NCBI GenBank assembly: GCA_903844115.1 | Contig: CAIMSI010000007.1 | Coordinates: forward strand, 1-59,412 | Reading direction: 5' to 3' | DNA: 59,412 nucleotides | DNA from: an uncultured Actinomycetes bacterium | Lineage (GTDB): Bacteria; Actinomycetota; Actinomycetes; Nanopelagicales; Nanopelagicaceae | Part shown: positions 40,440 through 50,694 of the stretch, piece after piece | Numbering within the stretch: the first letter of the stretch is position 1 | How the letters are laid out: every line of letters begins with the position of its first letter | The notes under the pieces: model-generated | Told to the model about the DNA's origin: nothing | The model's database searches: none | What the model saw: only the letters and a program-made list of their open reading frames with translations | Made by a program: the position numbers and the translations under genes

Positions 40440-41803
40440 TTACCAACCTGAGAACGCACCGCATTAGCAAATAGATCTCCTCGGTGTGCATAGGAAGTGA
40501 ACTGATCCATTGAAGCGCATGCAGGGGCTAGCAAGACCGCATCCCCTGTTTTTGCCAATTCCTTTGCTTGCGAGATTATTTGCGACATCAATAATTCCGG
40601 AGTCTCTTGATTTTCAATGATTACGACAGGAATCTCTGGGGCAAATTCTTGTAATGCTTTTTCAATAAGATGACGATCTGTGCCAATAAGAATTGCGGCC
40701 GACAACCGAGGCGCGGCCCGCTGTACTAATCGGTCCATCGAGGCCCCTTTAGCCAATCCCCCCGCTATCCATACAACTTTCTCATGCGAAAGAATCGATG
40801 CAATTGCAGCATGCGGATTTGTAGCCTTTGAATCATTGACCCAACTGACTCCATCTTTAACAAGAACAACTTCAATTCGGTGGTGATCTACAACAAAAGA
40901 ATTAAGGCCATTCTTTATACCTCCATAGGAAATACCTATCGAGCGCGCTAGACCAGCGGCGGCAAGGGCATTAGAGACGTTGTGAGGTACGGTCGGTTTG
41001 ATATCAGCAAGTTCGGCTAGAACTTCAGCCTCAGTTGAATTTGCGATAAAAGCTCTATCAATCAAAAGATTCTCTACAAGTCCCAACTCAGCCGGACCGG
41101 GGGTTTCAAGGGAATAAAAAATCTTCTTTCCATTCCATGACGTGGATCTTGTGACGATCTCTGGATCATCGGCATTGAGTACAGCAATCTTGGAAAAATT
41201 GAGCAACCTCATTTTTGAATTTGCATACTCGTCAAAGGATCCATGCCAATCGATATGATCCTCTGCAATATTGAGAATTGCGCAAGCTTCAAATTGAGCT
41301 TCCTTGCTCCAATCGATTTGAAAGGATGAAAGTTCTAATGCCAAGAAATCATATGCTTTCCCTGAAGTTAACGCGGAAATCACCGTATCCCCAACATTTC
41401 CACACGCAACCCCATGGACTCCAGCAGCTTTGAAAATTGCATCCACCATTTGAATACAAGTAGTTTTTCCATTTGTCCCTGTGAGGGCAATCCATTTTTG
41501 TTGTGGGGCAATTTCATCTTTAACGCGCCATGCAAAGTCTATTTCGCTAATGATTTCAGCACCTGATTTTGAAAGAAATTCGATAATGGGATGGCTTAAT
41601 TTCCATCCAGGCGAAACGATTGCTAGGTCTATGCCATTCGGTGGAGTAGCGATTGTCTTAACTCCAGAAATTTCCCGTTCTTTCTCATCGACTATTACAG
41701 CGCTGACGCCATGGGACTGCAGGAATGTATTTATTCCGGTTCCAGTTACGCCGCCACCAATAATCGCAATAGAGCGTGTATGCAAGGAGGAAATAAATGA
41801 CAT
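40436..41803 (-). CDS. murD: UDP-N-acetylmuramoylalanine--D-glutamate ligase
   Basis: Mur ligase (IIGGGVTGTG, GTNGKTT). I chose the ATG at 41803, 1 nt after the mraY TGA, over the upstream start in the ORF track. Confidence 0.92.
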   Translation of the reverse strand: MSFISSLHTRSIAIIGGGVTGTGINTFLQSHGVSAVIVDEKEREISGVKTIATPPNGIDLAIVSPGWKLSHPIIEFLSKSGAEIISEIDFAWRVKDEIAPQQKWIALTGTNGKTTCIQMVDAIFKAAGVHGVACGNVGDTVISALTSGKAYDFLALELSSFQIDWSKEAQFEACAILNIAEDHIDWHGSFDEYANSKMRLLNFSKIAVLNADDPEIVTRSTSWNGKKIFYSLETPGPAELGLVENLLIDRAFIANSTEAEVLAELADIKPTVPHNVSNALAAAGLARSIGISYGGIKNGLNSFVVDHHRIEVVLVKDGVSWVNDSKATNPHAAIASILSHEKVVWIAGGLAKGASMDRLVQRAAPRLSAAILIGTDRHLIEKALQEFAPEIPVVIIENQETPELLMSQIISQAKELAKTGDAVLLAPACASMDQFTSYAHRGDLFANAVRSQVGK

Positions 41804-41804
41804 G

Positions 41805-42863
41805 TCAAGATACGACCCATTGGGCATAGAACAATCCCAAGCCCGCCGCAACGCTCAAGCCAGCAATAATCCAGAATCGAATAACAATCGTTACTTCAGC
41901 CCATCCAAGAAGCTCGAAGTGATGATGCAGAGGGGCCATCCGAAATACGCGCTTACCACCGGATGCTTTGAAATAAAGTGTCTGGATAATGACTGACATT
42001 GTGATAATCACAAAAAGTCCGCCAATTGCAACCAGCAGAATTTCAGTTCTTAGCGTTATCGCCAATCCTGCTATAGCCCCGCCAAGTGAAAGTGATCCAA
42101 CATCTCCCATAAATATTTTCGCTGGAGAGGTATTCCACCAAAGAAATCCGGCACATGCTCCTGCAAATGCAGCAGCGAGTACGGCCAAGTCCAACGGGTC
42201 GCGAACCTCATAACAACGCCCGACTTGTGTGAATGCGCAGCTCTGCCTAAATTCCCATACGCCAATCATTACAAAGGCAAGGAAAGTCATAATTGATGTT
42301 CCGCTGGCTAGTCCGTCTAAGCCATCAGTCAGATTGACGCCGTTGCTCGTTCCCAAAACCAAAAAGATAACCCAGATAACAACGAGCACTGCCCCAAGTT
42401 TGAGTGACGTATCGCGTACCGTCGAAAGATGAAGAGAAATAGGTGAAAGTCCAAAACTATCTGAGAAATGAATTCCTGCATAACCAAATCCTGCCGCTAC
42501 CAAAGTCTGACCCAAGAGTTTTTCTCGCGAGCGAAGTCCTAGCGAGCGTTGTTTCACAATCTTCAGCCAGTCATCAATAAATCCCACAATACCTAGCCCA
42601 ATAACCAATCCAATAACCAGAACAGCAGAGGTGCTCACTCCAACGCCATCTAGAAGATGACTTGCAAAATAACCAATTGTTGAAGCAAAAATAAGTACTA
42701 CTCCGCCAATGGTTGGCGTACCGCGTTTTGTATGGTGGCTTTGTGGACCGTCGTCGCGAATCATCTGTCCATATCCACGCTTTTCAAGAAATCTAATAAG
42801 TGCAGGAGTAAAAAGAAAACTTAAAAGTGTGGCGATGCTGCCGGCAACGAGTATCCCCTTCAC
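41805..42863 (-). CDS. mraY: Phospho-N-acetylmuramoyl-pentapeptide transferase
   Basis: 352 aa polytopic protein with MraY motifs ([18 protein letters not shown]). Its GTG overlaps the murF TGA (GTGA). Confidence 0.95.
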   Translation of the reverse strand: MKGILVAGSIATLLSFLFTPALIRFLEKRGYGQMIRDDGPQSHHTKRGTPTIGGVVLIFASTIGYFASHLLDGVGVSTSAVLVIGLVIGLGIVGFIDDWLKIVKQRSLGLRSREKLLGQTLVAAGFGYAGIHFSDSFGLSPISLHLSTVRDTSLKLGAVLVVIWVIFLVLGTSNGVNLTDGLDGLASGTSIMTFLAFVMIGVWEFRQSCAFTQVGRCYEVRDPLDLAVLAAAFAGACAGFLWWNTSPAKIFMGDVGSLSLGGAIAGLAITLRTEILLVAIGGLFVIITMSVIIQTLYFKASGGKRVFRMAPLHHHFELLGWAEVTIVIRFWIIAGLSVAAGLGLFYAQWVVS

Positions 42864-44296
42864 TTTTCACCATCCTCTTCTAATTCTTCTAATTCTTCTA
42901 ATTCATTTACTTGACGAAGCGCCGCAGTTGCAATAATTTTTTCAGCAAGCTCCTCTAAATGCTCTGCTCTCGAAGCCTTAATGAGCACTACATCTCCATC
43001 TGAAAAATATTTAGTAATTCCTAGAGCCTCTTCCTGCGTTAAGAAATAATGAGTAGTCATCTCATCACCAGCATCAAAATCCAACTCCAAGCCGTCTAGG
43101 TACCAATCAGTTCCTACGCAGACGAGCTGATCGATTCCAAGGTCAGAGGCGAGTCTGCCAATCCTTCTGTGATCTTCTCCTTCGGACTCGCCGAGCTCCA
43201 GCATCTTGCCTAAAAACGCCCATGAAACTCCCCCTCGTTCCTGGGCCAGTAACGCCAAGGTCCTAAGAGCAGCTGCCGTACTTTCCGGATTAGCGTTATA
43301 CGAATCATTGACGATCAGAATCCCGCCTTCATCATGTAGTTCCATGCGCCACTTGCTCGCGTTATCGGCGGTAGATAGCGCGGCTGCGATTGAATCAATT
43401 TGAATTCCAAGCTCCGTAGCAACAGCGGCGGCGGCTAACGCGTTTGCAACTTGATGCAATCCAAGAAGGCGCAAACTTACGGGTGCGCGACCAGCCGGTG
43501 TCACTAAATCAAAATGTGCGCGGCCTTCCCGTGTTTCTATGTCCGCTGCGCGAATTTGGCAATCGGATGTTTCACCAAAGAATGTACGTTTAATTTTTTT
43601 CTGTGCACCCATTTGCGGTGTGAAAGTATCGTAGCGCCCAAGAATAGCTACGCCAGATTCCGGCAAAGAGTCAATGAGTTCTGCTTTTGTTTTTGCAATC
43701 GCCTCTTGGGAACCAAACTCTCCCATGTGCGCCGTTCCGACAACCAAAACTAGCCCAATTTGGGGTTTAGCAATTGTGCTTAGGAATTCAATTTCCCCAC
43801 TGTGTCGTGCGCCCATTTCGACGATGCAAAAGGTTGTGTCTTCAAAACAAGAAAGCACCGTAACTGGAACTCCAATTTCATTATTGAATGATCCAACAGG
43901 TGAAACGGTCTTTCCATGTGAACTTAAAATATGGTTAAGCAGATCCTTGGTCGTTGTTTTACCCTGAGATCCAGTGAGGCCAATAAAAGTGGTGTGCTCC
44001 ATCTTCTCACGGGCATACTTTGCCAGTGCAGTAAGCGCTGCCAAAGTATCCTTTACAAGAACTGATGGCACGTTCATGGCTTCTGTACAAAATACAAACT
44101 CTGCTCCAGCCGAAATAGCTTCACTGCAATACATATTTCCATCTACACGTTCGCCGGGTAACGCGACGAAGAATGTCCCCAATCCGGCTTTGCGGGAATC
44201 AATCACTGGAACTGCAGTTGTGATTCTGGTGGGATCCAATTGTGTAAGAGTTCCGCCGGTCACCTTTGAAATCTCCGCGAAAGTAATAGGAATCAT
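42860..44296 (-). CDS. murF: UDP-MurNAc-tripeptide--D-Ala-D-Ala ligase, with an acidic repeat C-terminal tail
   Basis: 478 aa Mur ligase ([11 protein letters not shown]). The C-terminus is ...[15 protein letters not shown]. Confidence 0.93.
   Translation of the reverse strand: MIPITFAEISKVTGGTLTQLDPTRITTAVPVIDSRKAGLGTFFVALPGERVDGNMYCSEAISAGAEFVFCTEAMNVPSVLVKDTLAALTALAKYAREKMEHTTFIGLTGSQGKTTTKDLLNHILSSHGKTVSPVGSFNNEIGVPVTVLSCFEDTTFCIVEMGARHSGEIEFLSTIAKPQIGLVLVVGTAHMGEFGSQEAIAKTKAELIDSLPESGVAILGRYDTFTPQMGAQKKIKRTFFGETSDCQIRAADIETREGRAHFDLVTPAGRAPVSLRLLGLHQVANALAAAAVATELGIQIDSIAAALSTADNASKWRMELHDEGGILIVNDSYNANPESTAAALRTLALLAQERGGVSWAFLGKMLELGESEGEDHRRIGRLASDLGIDQLVCVGTDWYLDGLELDFDAGDEMTTHYFLTQEEALGITKYFSDGDVVLIKASRAEHLEELAEKIIATAALRQVNELEELEELEEDGEK
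42877..42903. repeat. 3 perfect tandem copies of a 9-bp unit (cttctaatt), in frame in the murF 3' end
   Basis: Read directly from the sequence. Encodes ELEELEELE on the minus strand. Lies 14-40 nt upstream of the mraY start. Confidence 0.92.
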
Positions 44297-45774
44297 GAGA
44301 GTTGCTCGATTGCTTTTGCTAATTCGATTCGATCATCGAATGAATATTTAATTCCATCAATCTCTTGCCCAACTTCATGGCCTTTTCCCAAAATGATGAC
44401 TGTATCTCCAGGTGTAGCCTCGGCAATCGCAACTGCGATCGCACCTCGACGATCTTCCTCCACCATCACATTTTCACCGTGTTTAATTTCTGATGACATT
44501 TGTTCGAGAATTTTACCTGGACTCTCACTTCGCGGGTTATCCGATGTAAGAATCGCAAAATCGCAACCAAGAACAAGGGCCTTGCCCATAAGTGGACGTT
44601 TTGAGGAATCTCTATCCCCTCCACAGCCCAGCACTGCAATTACGCGACCGGGGGTAATCTCACGAACAGCTGCTAAAACTCTCTCAACAGCATCCGGTGT
44701 ATGTGCATAATCCACCAGTGCTAAAAACTTCTGGCCTAGATCAACTTTCTCTAAGCGACCAGCTGGACCCTTAAGTTTATGCATATCCATCGAAATCGCT
44801 AATGGATCAATTCCACTTTCAACAGCAAGAGCAATTGCCATCAGCGCGTTGTCGAGATTGTGCTCACCAACTAATGGGAGGTGTCCCTCAATGAGAATTC
44901 CACCTACGCCTCGAATTGAAACGTCATAGCCGCCCGATGAAATCTGATGACTTGAGTAATGCCATGTAGCAAATGTTAAATCACGTGAAATTGTCTGAAC
45001 TGGAATTTGTGCAATCTCGATGAGCTTTTTTCCATAGGAGCTATCTATGTTGATAAAACCTTGTTCGGCATATTCTGGGGTGAATATTTTTGCTTTGACC
45101 TTGAAATATGTATCCATGTCCCCATGAAAGTCCAGGTGATCTTGGCTTAAATTAGTGAAAGCAACATTTGCGAAAAATGTACTCGAAATTCTTTTTGCAG
45201 CAATGGAATGGCTGCTCACCTCCATCACTAAATGATGGGCGTTGCGCTCAACCATACTCGCAACCACTGCCTGCAATTCAGGACTTTCGGGTGTTGTGAA
45301 ATGAGCCGGAAAATCTTCGCGCCCGATAGAAATACCCACAGTCCCAATAAATCCAGATTCTCTATTACTCAATTGCCACAATTGATGTAGAAGAGAGGCT
45401 GTTGTGGTCTTTCCGTTAGTCCCGGTGATGCCAACAGCGTGGAGAGACCTAAATGGCGAGTTATAAAACCACGCAGAAAGATCTCCTAAAATGAAGCGGG
45501 GATTTTCAATAATTACGACTGGTATTTCCTTGCTTACGAGCTCTGCCCCAGCGGGGTCAGTGAGTATCGCTGATGCTCCAGCCTTCATGGCTTGTGCTGC
45601 AAACTCTGCGCCGTGCCTGCGAGCTCCTGGAAGGGCAACGAATAAATCTCCAGCTTGAATATATTGAGTGGAGCTAGTGACTCCATTAAATGAAAAATTT
45701 TCTCGCCCATCATCGACGCCAAGAAAACGCGTGAGCTCTGCAGAGGTTCGCTGTGTTACTTCTAGCGGTCTCAT
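44293..45774 (-). CDS. murE: UDP-MurNAc-L-Ala-D-Glu--diamino acid ligase
   Basis: 493 aa Mur ligase (GITGTNGKTTT) with a C-terminal DNPR motif (TSDNPRSE). Confidence 0.94.
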   Translation of the reverse strand: MRPLEVTQRTSAELTRFLGVDDGRENFSFNGVTSSTQYIQAGDLFVALPGARRHGAEFAAQAMKAGASAILTDPAGAELVSKEIPVVIIENPRFILGDLSAWFYNSPFRSLHAVGITGTNGKTTTASLLHQLWQLSNRESGFIGTVGISIGREDFPAHFTTPESPELQAVVASMVERNAHHLVMEVSSHSIAAKRISSTFFANVAFTNLSQDHLDFHGDMDTYFKVKAKIFTPEYAEQGFINIDSSYGKKLIEIAQIPVQTISRDLTFATWHYSSHQISSGGYDVSIRGVGGILIEGHLPLVGEHNLDNALMAIALAVESGIDPLAISMDMHKLKGPAGRLEKVDLGQKFLALVDYAHTPDAVERVLAAVREITPGRVIAVLGCGGDRDSSKRPLMGKALVLGCDFAILTSDNPRSESPGKILEQMSSEIKHGENVMVEEDRRGAIAVAIAEATPGDTVIILGKGHEVGQEIDGIKYSFDDRIELAKAIEQLS

Positions 45775-45779
45775 TCGCG

Positions 45780-47579
45780 TTATGCCTTCTTTTTCTGCTG
45801 CTGCTTGTTTAATCCTGCCTCATTGAGCGCATACACAACCTTATTTGTATTTGTAGGTGGTACGTGCTTGCTTTGTAACACAAAACTCATAACAGTTTTG
45901 AAGACGGGAGCCGCAATTACACCACCGAAATGTTGGCCTTGTGGATTTTGAATTACTACTGAAACCACATATTTAGGCTGGTCGGCTGGGGCAAATCCAA
46001 TAAAACTTGAGGTATATCCCCGATAGCAATGGCACGTTGCATCAGCTCTTTGAGCAGTTCCTGTTTTACCTGCAATTCGGTAACCTGCAATTGCTGCTGC
46101 TGGAGCTGTTCCTTGTTCAGACACAACACTTTCCATCATCAGACGCATTTCTTGGGCGGTTTCTGCACTCACGACGCGAAGAGTTTGTTGAGGTTTTGAG
46201 GCGGTAAAGCTGCCAGATGAATCCACATAGCCGGCGATAACATTGGGAGTTACACGCACGCCATCATTTGCGATTGTTGCAAAAACACTTGTTGCCTGAA
46301 GTGCAGTCACTGAATAGCCCTGACCAAATGCAATTGTCGGTGCAGTTGTATCCGACCATGAATCTACTCGTGGTAACAGTCCAGCCGACTCTCCAGGAAG
46401 GTGAGATCCAGTGGATTGGCCGATACCAAATTTAGCAAGATAATTATAAAGATTAGAGTGTGAAAGCTGTTGGCCAATTTGAATTGCGCCAACATTGCTC
46501 GATTGAGCAAGCACTCCTGCTGTTGTCAGGCGCTGGGTCGCATGATGCTCTGCATCGTGGAATTTTGCGACTCCAACTTTTAGCGAATATGGAATAGTCC
46601 AAACCGTTTCTGGAGTTGTCTTGCCCTCTTCAATCGCCGACGCAATGGTAATGATTTTTCCTGTAGAGCCTGGTTCATAAACATCTTGTACCGCCGGATT
46701 ACGCAAACTCGTTAAAGATATGGACTTCTTATTTGATGGATCAAAGTTGGGGGCACTTGCTTGCGCCAAAATCTCACCTGTTTTTGGATTCATCACGACA
46801 ACTGTGCCTGAAGCTGCCTTCGCCGACTTCACGGCTTGTGAAATCGCATTCTGAGCAACCCATTGAATGTCTCGGTCGATAGTCAGTTGAATACCTTTGC
46901 CAGGTTTTGCATCAGTGAGGGTCTGCTGTGACCCAGGAATAATCGTTCCAGCTCCATTTGCATAGTCATATCGACCATTTTTTCCAGCAAGAGTGGTTTC
47001 CATACTTGATTCCAAACCGGAAGCTCCAACACCTGCATCATTGATAATTCCGACTAACGAAGCTGCTAATCGACCAGTTGGATAATCTCGAATATAAGAT
47101 CTTTCCGAAAAGAAGCCGACGATTCTCTTAGAGACTCCTCCACGCTGAGCCATGATTTTCTTATTATATGAATCAAGTGTTGTATTGAGATTAGCCCAAA
47201 TGGCAGGCGCTGCTTGTTTAAGAATGATTTGATATCGCTTACTTCCCGTTAATAAAGATGACAATTCAGAAGTACTCAGACCTAACACGGGGGCTGCAAT
47301 TGCCGCTGTGGTCATAGGGTCTGTGATCATGGTCTGATCCACAACAATATTTATAGCTGCAACACTTCGTGCCAATTCAAGTCCATTGACGTCGGTGATG
47401 GTTCCGCGGGGTGCAAGCAAGATTGAAGAATTCCACATTTCATTGCTAGCGCGTTGGGCAAATCCGCTGGCTTGTACTGCTTGTACATCAATGAGTCGGA
47501 TTGAAAAGATTGAAAAGATAAATCCAGCCAGAACAATGAGTGCATAAATCCGTCTTTGGAATGCGGCTCTCTCGCTCAT
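45780..47579 (-). CDS. ftsI: Class B penicillin-binding protein (FtsI / PBP3-like)
   Basis: 599 aa. TM anchor and transpeptidase motifs STGK (PGSTGKI) and KTGT (AGKTGTA). Confidence 0.93.
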   Translation of the reverse strand: MSERAAFQRRIYALIVLAGFIFSIFSIRLIDVQAVQASGFAQRASNEMWNSSILLAPRGTITDVNGLELARSVAAINIVVDQTMITDPMTTAAIAAPVLGLSTSELSSLLTGSKRYQIILKQAAPAIWANLNTTLDSYNKKIMAQRGGVSKRIVGFFSERSYIRDYPTGRLAASLVGIINDAGVGASGLESSMETTLAGKNGRYDYANGAGTIIPGSQQTLTDAKPGKGIQLTIDRDIQWVAQNAISQAVKSAKAASGTVVVMNPKTGEILAQASAPNFDPSNKKSISLTSLRNPAVQDVYEPGSTGKIITIASAIEEGKTTPETVWTIPYSLKVGVAKFHDAEHHATQRLTTAGVLAQSSNVGAIQIGQQLSHSNLYNYLAKFGIGQSTGSHLPGESAGLLPRVDSWSDTTAPTIAFGQGYSVTALQATSVFATIANDGVRVTPNVIAGYVDSSGSFTASKPQQTLRVVSAETAQEMRLMMESVVSEQGTAPAAAIAGYRIAGKTGTAQRADATCHCYRGYTSSFIGFAPADQPKYVVSVVIQNPQGQHFGGVIAAPVFKTVMSFVLQSKHVPPTNTNKVVYALNEAGLNKQQQKKKA

Positions 47580-47965
47580 TTGGCTGGCACCGAAATATCA
47601 ATGAATTGAGGGTTGCTTGCTGGAACCATTCCCATCTTTTTTGCCAACGTAGAGAGATTCTCTGGTGATGAAGAAACCGCCATACTTCGCAGAATTGCGT
47701 CGCGTTGATCATTCGTTACATTCACATTGTGCTTCAGACGTTGAAGCACAAATGCATCTTGCGTGAGTAAGGTGTTGATCAGGAGAAGTGACAATAGACC
47801 AACACCAAAAATACCGCTCAAAACAAAGAAGAATGCACGAGCATGAATCTCCTCGCCTTCCTCCTTTTTGAGCTCAGGGACTAGTTGCAATACGGCTTGA
47901 GTCGAGCGAGAAATAACAAGTTCGCGTGAACGCGCGATTGCCGGAGCTAGAAATGAAGTCGCCAC
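47576..47965 (-). CDS. ftsL: Cell division protein FtsL-like (single-TM septation protein)
   Basis: 129 aa with one central TM segment. Lies between rsmH and ftsI. Its GTG overlaps the rsmH TAG by 1 nt. Confidence 0.7.
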   Translation of the reverse strand: MATSFLAPAIARSRELVISRSTQAVLQLVPELKKEEGEEIHARAFFFVLSGIFGVGLLSLLLINTLLTQDAFVLQRLKHNVNVTNDQRDAILRSMAVSSSPENLSTLAKKMGMVPASNPQFIDISVPAK

Positions 47966-48927
47966 TATGCAGCTACTCTCTCAACAGCGCGAAGTCGCAT
48001 ACTCTGCGCGCGCGGATTTTCAGAAATTTCATTCTCTGTTGCAGACTCGCTGCCAGTAATGACAAAGGAAAATTTTGCAGCAGAATTCGGAAGTTCCACT
48101 GGTAAGTTTCTAGGAGTTGTCGAAGTGCAAGCCTTTGTGAAAAAGCTCTTTACGATTTTGTCTTCTAGACTTTGATACGACATCACGACTATGCGGCCTG
48201 AAATCACAAGTGCATCCATTGCGGCAGGAATAGCGCGTTCTAGAACTTCAAGCTCCTGATTAACTTCAATTCGTAGCGCTTGGAAGGTGCGTTTGGCTGG
48301 GTTTCCACCGGTGCGTCGAGCCGGGGCGGGGATGCTGTCTTTAACAAGCTGCGCCAGATCCAGAGTGCTATTTAAGGAATTGTCTGCGCGTGCGGCAATG
48401 ATGTTATCTGCAATACGCGGGGCAAACTTTTCATCCCCATATGCGCGAAGAATTCGGATAAGAGAATCCCGATCGTAAGTATCGAGTAACTCCTTGGCGC
48501 TCATGCCCTGGCTTTGATCCATACGCATATCAAGAGGGGCATCTTGCGAGTAAGCAAAACCGCGATTAGCTTCATCGAGCTGCATCGAGGAAACACCAAG
48601 GTCAAAAAGTGCACCATCAATATGAGAAAGCTGAAGATCTTCCAAAGTTTTTGCTATCTGATCATAAACCGCGTGAACAATAGTTAGTCGATCTCCATAT
48701 GGAGAAACGTTTTCTCGGGCAATTGCTATTGCAGAGGTGTCGCGATCAAAACCAATCACGTGAAGCGATGGATACTTTTCTAGAAGAGCGCGAGTATGTC
48801 CGCCAAGTCCAAGAGTTGCATCAATAATAAGTGCTGAACCACGAGCACTGATTGCTTTTTCAATTGCAGGAGCAAGAAGATTGACACAACGATCAAGGGC
48901 TACTGGAATATGACGCAGCTCTTGCAT
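47965..48927 (-). CDS. rsmH: 16S rRNA (cytosine1402-N4)-methyltransferase
   Basis: 320 aa with the SAM-binding motif DATLGLGGH. Strong SD GGGGAGGAAGG. Confidence 0.95.
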   Translation of the reverse strand: MQELRHIPVALDRCVNLLAPAIEKAISARGSALIIDATLGLGGHTRALLEKYPSLHVIGFDRDTSAIAIARENVSPYGDRLTIVHAVYDQIAKTLEDLQLSHIDGALFDLGVSSMQLDEANRGFAYSQDAPLDMRMDQSQGMSAKELLDTYDRDSLIRILRAYGDEKFAPRIADNIIAARADNSLNSTLDLAQLVKDSIPAPARRTGGNPAKRTFQALRIEVNQELEVLERAIPAAMDALVISGRIVVMSYQSLEDKIVKSFFTKACTSTTPRNLPVELPNSAAKFSFVITGSESATENEISENPRAQSMRLRAVERVAA

Positions 48928-49136
48928 ATTGCCTTCCTCCCCACTTCTTGTTTCACTCGTTTCTATATTTTGTTTTTCTTTACTTAGGTCACCGTCGACC
49001 GACGGAATTCGCTTCTGCTTATTAGGATGCTGCTGCAGTGCGTTGGGGGAAGCGGCGCCGGGGAAGTGGCGTCGCTTTGCGCTAAAGTCGACGATGGCCT
49101 AAATAAAGAACTTCTTAGATTTAGAACATTTATTTC
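48928..49136 (-). promoter_or_regulatory. 209-nt structured mraZ-rsmH spacer; candidate rsmH (mraW) 5'-leader RNA element
   Basis: On the transcript there is a hairpin GTCGACTTTAGCGCAAAGCGAC and a hairpin CCGTCGGTCGACGG. Two CUUCCCC(C) tracts (from 49066-49060 and 49052-49045) are complementary to the rsmH SD GGGGAGG (48943-48937). An Actinobacteria-specific mraW leader motif has been described. Confidence 0.4.
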
Positions 49137-49568
49137 CTAGAAGAGTCCGGGCAGCACCTCCGTTGATACATCTGCGAAACCTTTCTCGCGATCGGCCAGG
49201 TAGGTATTCCACGAAGCGGAATCCCAAATTTCTAAACGGGTGTTCGCACCAATAACAACGCAATCTTTTTCGAGTGCTGCATATGTGCGTAAACCAGCCG
49301 GGATGGAAATACGTCCTTGCTTGTCCGGGACTTCATCGTGAGCGCCGGCGAACATCACGCGCATGTAATCGCGTGCTGCTTTCTCGGTGACGGGAGCTTG
49401 ACGCAGGCGCTCAGTGATGGAGGTAAATTCTTTTGATGGGAATACGTACAGGCATCGCTCTTGACCCTTAGTAACAACTAGGCCATTGGATAGTTCATCG
49501 CGGAAACGGGCTGGAAGGATGATGCGGCCTTTTTCATCGAGCTTTGGCTCATGAGTGCCCAGAAACAT
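49137..49568 (-). CDS. mraZ: Transcriptional regulator MraZ
   Basis: 143 aa with two SpoVT/AbrB-like halves, each carrying a D-x-x-x-R motif: [10 protein letters not shown] and [10 protein letters not shown]. First gene of the dcw cluster. Confidence 0.95.
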   Translation of the reverse strand: MFLGTHEPKLDEKGRIILPARFRDELSNGLVVTKGQERCLYVFPSKEFTSITERLRQAPVTEKAARDYMRVMFAGAHDEVPDKQGRISIPAGLRTYAALEKDCVVIGANTRLEIWDSASWNTYLADREKGFADVSTEVLPGLF

Positions 49569-49644
49569 CTATCCACCTCCCCCTAGAACGTGTGGGTTTA
49601 TCCTGAAATTTGAAGCTCAAATCCCCCGATTCTTGCTTCATGCA

Positions 49645-49723
49645 CCACTTTACTCCACTTTCCCCCAAAATCAACCACCTTTACCCATTTTTCTCCCAAT
49701 CGACCCCCGCTCGCCCACTTTTT
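49645..49723 (-). promoter_or_regulatory. Array of five helically phased AAAGTGG-type direct repeats (candidate MraZ boxes) upstream of mraZ
   Basis: On the mraZ sense strand: AAAGTGGG, AAAATGGG, AAAGGTGG, AAAGTGGA, AAAGTGGT. Plus-strand CCAC cores start at 49645, 49655, 49675, about 49685 and 49715, so all are in 10-bp register. Confidence 0.6.
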
Positions 49724-49755
49724 CCCCACGCCGCCTAGCCGACTACTCTGACGCC

Positions 49756-50694
49756 GTGCCTACTGAAAAATCGGATGAGTTGATTACGGCCAAGGGCCTG
49801 TCCAAGCTCTATGGCGATTTTGTGGCGGTCAACGGCATTGATTTCAGCGTTCATAAAGGAGAGTCCTTTGGCTTTCTAGGCCCGAACGGCGCCGGAAAAT
49901 CCACAATTATGAGAATCATCGCTGCCACATTGACTCGCACATCCGGTGAAATCACCGTCCTTGGCAAAGACCCAGCCGACCGGGGTCCAGAAATTCGTGC
50001 TCATCTAGGTGTTGTGCCTCAACAAGATAATTTGGATCAGGCGCTGAGCGTCACTGACAATTTATATATATACGGTCGATATTTTGGACTTTCAAGAAAA
50101 TTTATCAACGCAAAAATCGAGGAGCTACTTGATTTTGCGCAACTAACTGAGAAGCGCGATGCAAAAGTTGAAATGCTAAGCGGCGGCATGAAACGTCGTC
50201 TAACTATTGCGCGCGCACTTATCAGCGAACCAGAAATATTGATGCTCGATGAACCAACAACAGGACTTGATCCACAAGCACGTCATATCCTCTGGGATCG
50301 GCTATTTCGTTTAAAAGAACAAGGTGTGACCTTACTTATCACCACTCACTACATGGATGAAGCTGAACAATTGTGTGACCGTTTGATGGTCCTAGATAAA
50401 GGTTCAATCATGGCCGAGGACTCCCCTGCAGGATTAATCAAAAAATATGTTACAAAAGAAGTTTTGGAGGTGCGTTTCGGTTCTGAGCGAAATGCTGAAG
50501 TATCCGAGCAACTGGGTGCACTGTGTGCACGCATCGAAGTACTTCCCGACCGCATTTTAATGTATGCAGATGATGCTGAAAAAGTACTGGAAGAAATTCA
50601 TAAATCCGGACTCCATCCAGTTACGTCACTTGTCCGCAGGAGTTCACTTGAAGATGTATTCCTACGACTAACAGGACGTACTCTCGTTGAGTAA
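49756..50694 (+). CDS. ABC transporter ATP-binding protein (ABC-2 / NodI-DrrA-like exporter ATPase)
   Basis: Walker A GPNGAGKST, signature LSGGMKRR, Walker B LMLDEPT. Start is GTG 49756, or TTG 49780 (MITAKGLSKLYG...). The 49555 start in the ORF track would overlap mraZ and its promoter. Confidence 0.88.
   Translation: MPTEKSDELITAKGLSKLYGDFVAVNGIDFSVHKGESFGFLGPNGAGKSTIMRIIAATLTRTSGEITVLGKDPADRGPEIRAHLGVVPQQDNLDQALSVTDNLYIYGRYFGLSRKFINAKIEELLDFAQLTEKRDAKVEMLSGGMKRRLTIARALISEPEILMLDEPTTGLDPQARHILWDRLFRLKEQGVTLLITTHYMDEAEQLCDRLMVLDKGSIMAEDSPAGLIKKYVTKEVLEVRFGSERNAEVSEQLGALCARIEVLPDRILMYADDAEKVLEEIHKSGLHPVTSLVRRSSLEDVFLRLTGRTLVE

Noticed and set aside
49555-49755. N-terminal ~67-aa extension of the ABC ATPase ORF (P-rich: [15 protein letters not shown]...)
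   Set aside because: It would overlap the mraZ start codon and run through the mraZ promoter and MraZ-box array. The proline and phenylalanine content simply reflects the CCAC/TTT repeats. ABC ATPases normally start a few residues before the L-x-K-x-YG motif, so GTG 49756 or TTG 49780 was preferred.
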